A DNA stretch of 64,000 nucleotides from Octopus sinensis (taxonomy: Eukaryota): contig NC_043000.1 of NCBI RefSeq assembly GCF_006345805.1, positions 130,758,001 through 130,822,000 on the forward strand, given 5' to 3'. The notes beneath the pieces were generated by a model, which had not been told where the DNA came from, did not search any database, and was given only the letters and a program-made list of their open reading frames with translations. A program made the translations under genes and the position numbers. Below are positions 54,811 through 64,000 of the stretch, one piece after another. Positions within the stretch are counted from its first letter, which is position 1. Each line of letters opens with the position of its first letter.

Positions 54811-55165
54811 ACACTGATTTAGTATCTATTTAACGATCGTGGTTGTACACGTAGATGAGGCTGGCGCGTTGAAACAATTACTACTTTATGGGGTTTATAT
54901 TCTGGAAGAGGATCGGGTAACTGGTTTAGAGGTTATTGGGCTTGGGATTTTTTGACCATAAAAACTGGGCCCGAAGGCGAAAACGGTTGAGAACAACTGC
55001 GCTAAACGTTAAACCCTCTCCTTTCACCGAGCGTCAAGTCAATACACTTCTTGTGGAATTCCTCACGTTCGTTTGTTTTCTTCTTTTCATTTTTTTATTC
55101 GTTTATCTGAATTAACTATGTATGTTTGTGTGCGTGTGTGTATGTGTGTGTATATATACATGCAT

Positions 55166-55521
55166 ACTCTTTTACTCTTTTACTTGTTTCAGTCATTTGA
55201 CTGCGGCCATGCTGGAGCACCGCCTTTAGTCGAACAAATCGAGCCCAGGACTTATTCTTTGTAAACCTAGTACTTATTCTATCGGTCTCTTTTGCCGAAC
55301 CGCTACACCAGCATCGGTTGTCAAGAGATGTTGGGGGAGACAAACACAGACACACAAACATATACACACACATACACATATATTCATATATACGATGTTG
55401 CTTCTTTCAGTTTCCGTCTTCCAAATCCACTCACAAGGCTTTGGTCGGCCCGTGGCTATAGTAGAAGACACTTGCCTAAGGTGCCACGCAAGCTACTTAC
55501 CACACAGCCACCCCTGCGCCT
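55166..55521 (-). mobile_element. SINE family A with internal deletions
   Basis: Similarity to the other A copies. Confidence 0.9.
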
Positions 55522-55913
55522 ACATATATGTACATATATGATGTATATATGTGTGTGAGTATGTGTATATCTGTGCAATACTTATCAGCATGTCGAAGGT
55601 AGATATGAGTTAATAAAGACTAATAGGCTGAAATATAAATACATTGGTTGACTGAGTGGGGAATTAATTGATTAAGTGGTTGATTGATTGATTGATCGAT
55701 TGATTGATCAATTGGCTTAATTATGGAAGTCACAATCTTTTAGTGGATGCAGTTAGTAATTATGAAAACCAGTCACATCCACCCTTAGCATGGAATTAAT
55801 CTAGTATTCAAGACTTGATCTCCTTAGGGGATTATAAATTATAATTCTGCGTTTCTAATGAGAGCGTGATGCAATTAATTACTCCCATCAGAAACAACAG
55901 ATTTGTCCATGAA

Positions 55914-55994
55914 GTAGTAGTAGTAGTGGTGGTGGTGGTGGTGGTGGTGGTGGTGGTGGTGGTAGTGGTGGTGGTGGTGGTGGTGGTGGTGGTG

Positions 55995-56050
<56 letters not shown>
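55914..56050. repeat. (TAG)n(TGG)n(TAG)n microsatellite
   Basis: Direct reading. Confidence 0.97.
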
Positions 56051-56051
<1 letters not shown>

Positions 56052-56659
56052 CAATCACTGTATGTTATGGTTCCTGCTGATTAATTTGTTAATATTTAAC
56101 CCGAAATCGGAGCTGCAACCATCCCTTCCTTTATTTTGCTTTGTTTTGTTTTCAGACAGTGTATATAAAATTACATATCCAATATGTTCTTCAGTTTATG
56201 ATTGTAAGAAGTGATTAAAGTGATATTTGGTTTCTATTTCTAGGAAATCGAACGCTAGGGCAGAGAACCTTCACTGACACGTGATAGTGCATTTACTGTT
56301 GAGCTCTAAGTCATATCTAATGAAAGAGACCAATATTTACAGCATTCCAGTCTTGACAATTCTATATCCAGGAATTTGAAATAAGACTTGATGTAGTTAT
56401 ATTATTATTTCAAGCCGGTCGAGTGATATTGCAGAGACTTACACACTGAGCTGTGATGTAACTGAGATGTAACTGTGATGTAACTGATGTAACTTGGTGT
56501 CGTTTAGAATTAGGCCGAAAGACATTCTACTCATGACAATCCTACATGGTTAGCTGTATCTACGACTGTATTGTCTAATGAGGCCGTTCAATTTTTTAAG
56601 GGTGCGGTGCGATCTGAAGGGAAAATGATCGACCATTTTGATGTACCTTTGTTTTAAGA

Positions 56660-56875
56660 CAGGGAGCTGGCAGAATCGTTACCGCGCCAGGAAAAAAATG
56701 CTTAGCGACATTTTTTCCGACTTTATGTTCGGAGTTCAAATGCTGCTGGCGTTGACTTTGCCTTTCATTCTTTCTCGGTCGATAAAATAAGTACCAGTTG
56801 AGCACTGGGGGTCGATGTAATCGACTTGCCCCATCTCCAGAAATTACTGGCATTTTGCTAAAATTTGAAACCAAT
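56660..56875 (+). mobile_element. SINE family B variant
   Basis: gggagctggcagaatcg head; gtcgataaaataagtaccagttgagcactggg core. Confidence 0.85.
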
Positions 56876-57044
56876 ATTACTGATTTTGTAGATTATGTTA
56901 ACCTCAAAATGTTGCAATCATTCTCAAATTATACAACATCAGTCCTTTACTCAGTGAAGTGAAGTTACTTGGTAATTTAGCTACCATTTCTTGTTAATGT
57001 CACTATGAGTTATACAAAAAGATCTTGCAGCGTATCAAGGTGTA

Positions 57045-57310
57045 AAGGCGCATATCCTAGTGATTATGATGCTGCACTCATGATCGTAAGGCTATGGTTC
57101 CGATTCCCGGACCGAATGGTGCATTGTGTTCTTGGGTAAAATACTTCATTGCTCCAGCCTCCTCAACAGCAAATGTATTCCAGCAATAGCTGGGAAGTTA
57201 ACTCAGCGACGGACTAAGTCTCGTTCAGCGGTAGTGTTGTAATCGCAATCATTTATACGCCATGAAAACCGGGTTCAAACCAGGCCCTATGAATCCTACG
57301 ACTCGTGACA
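57045..57310 (+). mobile_element. Diverged SINE, family-C-like
   Basis: ggttccgattccc B box; gaaaaccgggttcaaaccaggccctatga tail. Confidence 0.6.
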
Positions 57311-57899
57311 GACATGACTTAACAAGATAATCTCCCCCTTTAAAAGAGCATACTCACATCAAGACAGGATTTGGATAGGCCTATACCAAAGTTAAGCTTG
57401 CTTCCTTGTTATATTCTTAAGTAAACATGTAACCGAATATTTATAAACGATATTTACATAGTTGTTTCTTACTGTGATAATCAAATGATAATGAATGCAG
57501 CACCAAGGAAAAGTTGACCAGAAGAGATAGGTGACCAGAAGGAACAGGTGGCTAGAAGATACAGCAGGGGAGAGGATACAGATGGTCAATAGAATGCGGT
57601 GGACGGAAGATACAACTTGACAACGGATACAATTGTTGTAGAAGACACAATTAGTCAGATGAGACAGCTGAGTAGGAGGTACACTTAAACGGAAGACATT
57701 TTGTGGGTAGAAGGCGCAGATGACGCGAAGACAGTTGACCAGAAGACCCAAACAGCAAGAAAATTCAAATTCCTTGCTTTAGAAACACCACAGAAATCAA
57801 ACCAAAAATTAGCGTCCTTTACTTTTTGTGTGTAAGAATTAGATCGAACCGCTTTCCACTCATGGCAATCCGGCATGGTCAGCTGTATCTACAACTGTA

Positions 57900-58241
57900 T
57901 TATCTAATGATGATGCTGTTCATGACGATGATGGCTATGATGAGAATGAAGTGGAAGGGGAGGAGGAGAAGGACAATGACGATGACAGGGATGATGAGGA
58001 TACTTGATGTGATGATGACAATGGTGATGATGAGGAAGATGACAGTAATCATGATGGCTATGATGATGATGATGATGATGATGATGATGGTAATGATGGT
58101 GATGACAGTGTTAGTGATGATGAGGAAACAATGACGTAATGATATATGTAAAAAGGAGGAGGAGGTGGAAGATTAAGAGTGATTGAGAATACTAGCGATA
58201 AGAATCCGAGATTGTTACTGTATTACTACTGTTACTACTGC

Positions 58242-58279
<38 letters not shown>

Positions 58280-58590
58280 CTGGTGGTGCCGTTGCTTGGA
58301 AACTATATCTCGCCAATAGAAGTATGAATGTAGAATACAACTACTACTACTACTACAGCTACTACTGCTACTACTGGTGCTGCTACTACTGGTGCTGCTA
58401 CTGCTACTACTACTACTACTGGTGTTGCTACTACTACTACTACTACTAGCTGGTGCTGCTATGTTGAAATGTTTGTTACTGGTCATGATGATGATGATGA
58501 TGATGATAATGATGGCAACGACGGCAAAGACGGTGACGATCGCGACCAGGATGACGATGATGCTGATACTGATAATGATGATGATATAAA
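57900..58590. repeat. Degenerate (GAT)/(TAG)/(CTA) trinucleotide low-complexity region
   Basis: Direct reading. Confidence 0.9.
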
Positions 58591-59121
58591 ACGAAGTAAA
58601 ACTCTAATCTCGACGTGAATAGTTAATCAACGGATGTGTTTATTGCTTTGCCAATCGCCACCATCACAACACACCACCAAACGACCACCGTCACCACACC
58701 ATCGACAATCACCATCACAGCCTTCGCCCCACGTTCGCTGAGATCATAGGTCTGAACTGTCAGGGCTGATCGAATGTTAAACGATGTACCAGCTTCACTA
58801 ACACCACTCTATGAATAAATTACCACATCCAAAATCTCTCCTCATCAGATCTTACTACAACTCGCCTAACCGCAACCCCCCACCCTTCAGTACTATCATC
58901 ACCACCACAACTTTCACAGCCGTCTCTACTACCATTAAAACTCTCACCGCTACCGCCCTTACCTCATCCACCATTATTGCCATAAAAATGGTGCATTATT
59001 CAAATGACAAGTTCAAATAGGCATGGCTTATTGTAAACCATCAGTGAGGTTTTGCGTTCAGGTTGTATCTATTTACAGCAGTTATCATATCAATAATCTT
59101 TTCTATTATGGTGAGAACTCT

Positions 59122-59240
59122 TTCTTCCTGTTTCTTGAGTAACGCTGCAATGGACTGGCATCTCGTCCAGCTGGGGGGAACACATACGCTATAGAAACCG
59201 GGAAACCGAGCCAATGGACCTGGCTATGCTTGAAAAGGGC
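59122..59240 (+). mobile_element. SINE family C 3' half
   Basis: ctgtttcttgagtaacgctgcaatggactggc...gaaaccgggaaacc. Confidence 0.85.
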
Positions 59241-59269
59241 GCATAAATAAATAAAAATTATAGTGAGAA

Positions 59270-59690
59270 GGCCTGAAATTTGGTGGGAGAGGCTAGCCGC
59301 TTACATCAACCTCAGTGTATGACTGGTATTTATTTGTTTTGTCGACTCCGAAAGAATGATGAGCAAAGTCTACCTCGGAGGAATTTGAACTCAGAACCTA
59401 AAGATTGCCGAAACGCCGCTAAGCATTCTATCCGGCATGCTAACGGTTCTACCGAGCTGGCGCCTTACTGTTTATGATTTTAATACTGCTTTTAAATTTT
59501 GGCACAAGGCCAGGAATTACGAGGAAGGAGTAAGTCGATTACAATGCTCAACCGCTACTTATTTTATCGATCCCGAAAGGATGAAGACCAAATTCCTCCT
59601 CAGAGAAATTTTTAACTCAGACCGTACAGACAGAGAAAAGCCGCGTATTATTTTACCTGGCTTGCAAATGATTCTGCCAGCTCGTCACTT
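59270..59690 (-). mobile_element. Two tandem diverged B-variant SINEs
   Basis: Both carry atcgatcccgaaagg and gaatttgaactcag-like blocks. Confidence 0.75.
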
Positions 59691-60239
59691 TACGCAGTAT
59701 AATGTTATGATATTAATAATGCATTTCATCTAAATTAAATCCTCTAAAATACCATATTTTGGACCTACGTAAAAAAGAAGTTTGTAAGGGCAGTTTAAGC
59801 GATTACTTTTAAATATGTACGTATAAAAACGTAAATGTCAAATTCGAGATTTTAATTATTTTGGACTAAATCTTTTAGTGTGTTTAAGGTCCTGCTCATT
59901 TTTGCCTTATTTCTAAATGTATAGAAAACAAACTCTCCAAATATAAGCATTGATTCTATTTCGGGTGTTTAGAGCCGAAACATTTCGACCATAACAACTA
60001 GATTTATGACGAAGATGAAATATTTCTAAGTGCGATGTTCAAACCAGCTCTATATATCGTACACTTTTGAAAATCAAATGTGAAACCGGTCAAGTGTACA
60101 GGGTCCGTTCAAAAACTAATACCACCCGGTAATTGTTTTAGTGAGGAAAAAATTAAATTGGATACGTTTGGAACCCACCTCGTGTATTCATTTTTTTAAA
60201 TATACATAAATTAGAATATATTTTCTGTGTATTTTCAGG

Positions 60240-60525
60240 TTCGTGGAAGCGCAATGGCCCAGCCGTCGGAAGATCACGGCTTCGATTCTCAGACCGGGCA
60301 TTGTGTGTGTTTATTGAGCGAAAACACATAAAAGCTCCACGAGGCACCGGCATGGGGTGGTGGCGACACCTGTGGTACTCTTTCACCCCAACTTTCTCTC
60401 AATCTCTCTTCTTGTTTCTTGAGTAACGCTGTGATGGACTGGTGTCCCATCCAGCTGGGAGGTACACATACTCCACAGAAACCGGGAAACCGGACCCATG
60501 AGCCTGGGTAAGCTTGAAAAGGGCA
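60240..60525 (+). mobile_element. SINE family C
   Basis: Similarity to the 36541 copy. Confidence 0.9.
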
Positions 60526-61059
60526 ACGTTTATTGTTATCGTTTTATTTTCAAATTCATTTCTTTTCTACTACTACGTGTTTGGATCAGTAGCTATTCAG
60601 CTATATATTTATATGTCTGTGTGCTTGTGTGCGTGAGTGAGTGTGTGTATGTGTGTGTATGTGTGTACATGTGTTTGTGTGTGTGTACATATACATATAC
60701 ACATACGTACGTACATACATGCATACATTGATCATATTGTCTACTGGTGTTATCTTATGCAATTACCTGCCGACATACAACAACATGTTTAAATAATTAT
60801 GTTTGCTTTTTGTATAACGCTGTATTAGTTGCACTGGAATCATTACAAATCAAAAACAAATATCAAATAAATAAATAATGTCAAAAGACCGATGTCTCTT
60901 GTTTAATTACATCTAATACTGGATAATTTCAGTCTCTCAGTTACACAAACAACATGAGTGCATGTGAATGTGCGTCGCTATAAAATGGCGAACGTATGTA
61001 TTGGTATGTACATATTTGTTACTAGAGAAACAGACATATAGAATATATGAGTGTGTGTT

Positions 61060-61290
61060 AAGGCGGCGAGCTGGCAGAAACGTTAGCATGCCGGGCGAAA
61101 TGCGTAGCCGTATTTCGTCTGGCGTTACGTTCTGAGTTCAAATTCCGCCGAGGTCGACTTTGCCTTTCATCCTTTCGGGGTCGATAAATAAAGTACCAGT
61201 TACGCCCTGGGGTCGATGTAATCGACTTAATCCGTTTGTATGTCCTTGTTTGTCCCCTCTGTGTTTAGCCCCTTGTGGGTAGTAAATAAA
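61060..61290 (+). mobile_element. SINE family B monomer
   Basis: Near-consensus copy. Confidence 0.93.
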
Positions 61291-61297
61291 TATATAT

Positions 61298-61338
<41 letters not shown>

Positions 61339-62034
61339 TGTGTGCATATGTGAGTACACACAAACAAGTGCATGCATCAACTGCACAGAATTCTCCATTT
61401 CCACTTGAAAAGGGGTTTTAATCCCGAATTATGAAAATACAAGGAAAAGCGTAAGCGAATGTCTTTCGTTTGTTACTTTTATATATTTTCAGTCTTTTAT
61501 TTCAGGTTTGCATTGTACTAGTTTTAAAACAATTTAAGTACGTGCGCGTGTGTATGTGTATGTGTATGTGTGTGAGAGGGAGAGAAAGTGGGTGTGTTTG
61601 TCTATGTGCGTGTGCCTGTGTGAGTAGGTGCGCGCGTGTATAAAATGTGAAAAATTATTTAGGAGGGATCTGGGAACCCAGGCGGTGACTTCACTAAACA
61701 CAGCCATTCTGTAAACTGCATCATTTGTTCATAAGCTTTATGAGTAAATGACTGTGGGTCATTCAGTGTATAATATGTTAGATATAATCGATATGATAGT
61801 ATCATTGCTCTATTCCATGTCTTCATCCTTAAATTGTGGGATTTGTTACACAAACATGTTATTAAAACAATTGTAAATTGTGGAATAAATGTAATACCAA
61901 CAAGCTAATTTGTATGTGTGTGTACGTGTGTGTGCCTGTGTGTGTGTGCGCGCGCGCGCGTGTTCATATATACATATACACATAGAAAAATATTTTGAGT
62001 TCATGCTTATGTTAGGCAGTGGTAGTATAAGTAT

Positions 62035-62414
62035 CGAGGCACTCCGTCGGTTACGACGACGAAGGTTCCAGCTTTTCCGATCAAAGGAACAGCCTGCTCG
62101 TGAAATTAACGTGCAAGTGACTGAGCTCTCCACAGACACGTGTACCCTTGACGTAGTTCTCGGGAAGATTCAACATGACAATGAGTGTGACAAGTGTGGC
62201 CCTTTGAAATATAGGTACAGTAGAAACAGGAAGAAAGAGTGAAAGTTGTGGTATAAGAGTACAGCAGGGTTCGCCACCAACCCTTGCCGGAGCTTCGTGG
62301 AGCATTAGGTGTTTTCGCTCAATAAACACTCACAACGCCCGGTCTGGGAATCGAAACCTCGATCCTACGAACGCCAATACGCTGCCCTAACGACTGGGCC
62401 ATTGCACCTCCACA
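62035..62414 (-). mobile_element. SINE family C 5' half (62222-62414) adjoining another interspersed repeat (62035-62220)
   Basis: ctgggccattgcacctcc head; the adjoining segment resembles diverged sequence at ~39120-39170. Confidence 0.75.
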
Positions 62415-63479
62415 TTGTAAGTATAAATACAAGGCAAACCCACAACCAAAATGCACGTATATAACCGTACCGTGAAAAATGGACATTAGTTGAGGTGCAT
62501 GTTTATTTTGTATGCAGTTTGAAAAATACATGTCGATTTTATATTGTCTCTCCAGAAATCTCTTATTCGTTTTTATTCATTGAAAAATGATAGTATATTT
62601 ATGATAAACAGAACTGAGACAAAACTAAAGTTTTATAACAATGCAAACGTTCCCAACGATCTGAGATGACTTATAAGGTGATTAATGCATACTTCTATAC
62701 AACTGATTGTGTTGTTTAGCTCCCACTAAAAGCATGGAGTAGAAAATACTGATAAATAGAAGCCATATAGCAAATCTAATGAAATTACTCCCTATGTTAA
62801 TATAGATTTCTATCATCCACTCAGTTGGCAAAAACTTGCTTAATATCGTTAAAAGAATCCACCTACTAGTCATTACATGAAGCAATCTTCGAGACTGAAA
62901 CCTCCTTTTACAATAAAGCAATATAAGTTAAAGTATTTAACGATATCCTTATATATTTTTCTAATTCCTCGTTCTGCAATCATAGAAAGAGACGTTGCAA
63001 TATTGTATGGTTCACGCCGCCCTTCTCCTTATATGTAAGATAAGCATTGTTAAAAGCTTCATAATCTTAAACATCTCCCATCAACCACTAATACTGAAAA
63101 GTAACAAATATAACTTAGTGATTTACAGTTGTACCTCCAATATGGTTAACTAGTGCTAACTGCACATACCAAAGTATAACTACATGTCTACTGATTATTA
63201 GCTATAAGACACTGGCCTAATTGTGTCCGGGACTGGAAGTCACATCTACCAGATCAAACTCAAATAGTATGCGTAAATACCGCGCAGGTATTGTGACAGA
63301 TACATTTAATCAAATATGCTTCGACTAAATTCCTTTCTTCAGAAATGTAGGCTACAGGAATGCTTGCAGTTTGAAAGAACATGAAATTCCTTTCTATATC
63401 AAGTGGAACAGCCTCGAGATGTGCAGACTATACAGAAATGATAAAAACAGTTGTAGGTTATGACTAGCGTAAAAGGATG

Positions 63480-63780
63480 TTATACTGCACGATCATAATA
63501 TACCATACCTGCAGACTAAATGTCAGATCTGTACTGTTCACTAAATGTCACCGCATCGATAAGTATCCACTGAATTCTAAAGGATACTGCCACCATCTTC
63601 TTGAAGGGGGGGAGCAAATTTATATATCTACCAATAACAATCACACTCTTTCCATTTCCTCCAGTTTTAACTCACAATGTTACATACTCCACCTCTATTG
63701 CTTCAGCTATTAATGAAAACAATTCCTCATTTATCTGCACTGTATCATATAACAACAAACTTATTGATATCTTCATCTGT
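63480..63780 (+). pseudogene. Possible decayed LINE AP-endonuclease fragment
   Basis: LNVRSV and EGGSKFIY weakly resemble NVRSL and GGGV.IY motifs. Confidence 0.3.
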
Positions 63781-63812
63781 TTACGTAACAGTGTAACATT
63801 TAAATCCCGTTA

Positions 63813-64000
63813 AGACAGTGAGCTGGCAGAAACGTTAACCCGCCGGGCGCAATGCTTAGCGACATTTCGTCTGTCTTTTACGTTCTGAGTTCAAATTCCG
63901 CCGAGGTCGGCTTCGCCTTTCATCCTTTCAAGGTTAATAAATTAAGTACCAGTTGCGTACTGGAGTCGATCTAATCTATTGGCTCAGTCCCCAAAAATTT
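63813..64000 (+). mobile_element. SINE family B variant, runs to the window edge
   Basis: gagctggcagaaacg head and B core. Confidence 0.88.

Larger units (their letters stand above)
53189..54999 (+). mobile_element. Internally deleted hAT (Buster-like) transposon with both termini
   Basis: TIR-like cagtggttttgaac and gttgagaacaactg; 8 bp flanks ccctacac/cgctaaac (6/8, central TA); coding relic FYLAGIFSQVNSLN, FQDILDLKPPKWLL, FEAGFSAV...GDMRL. Confidence 0.85.

Noticed and set aside
57826-58140. Acidic D/E-rich or Met-rich open frames
   Set aside because: Degenerate GAT repeat with stops in the acidic frame
60975-60995. TATAAAA overlapping a YY1-like AAATGGCG motif
   Set aside because: Short motif with no downstream gene or CpG island; expected by chance

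Overview
AT-rich, repeat-saturated metazoan genomic DNA, intergenic or deep intronic. The SINE families and microsatellite load look like an Octopus (coleoid cephalopod) genome; this is recalled, not verified by a search. I could not support any host protein-coding gene, tRNA, rRNA or CRISPR array. Almost all listed ORFs are translations of microsatellites or SINEs. The window holds about 35 copies of three tRNA-derived SINE families (my labels A, B, C). It also holds relics of RTE, R4/Dong, Tx1 and Penelope retroelements, and of hAT (Buster-like), Tc1/mariner and Helitron DNA transposons, plus three ~395 bp non-autonomous Helitrons. The most notable object is a 1,181 bp pogo-family element (29464-30644) with both TIRs and a TA target duplication. 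Its intact 161-aa ORF joins the DNA-binding domains in frame to an acidic C-terminal tail and lacks the catalytic domain, so it is a candidate KP-like transposition repressor. Other points of interest are template-switch structures (a 76 bp perfect palindrome, a 21 bp-arm hairpin, an inverted SINE knot inside a ~160 bp duplication), a hairpin module shared by two SINE families, and a strand bias in microsatellite orientation. I found no convincing novel multi-gene system. Protein-family calls rest on motif recognition by eye, and many boundaries are approximate.
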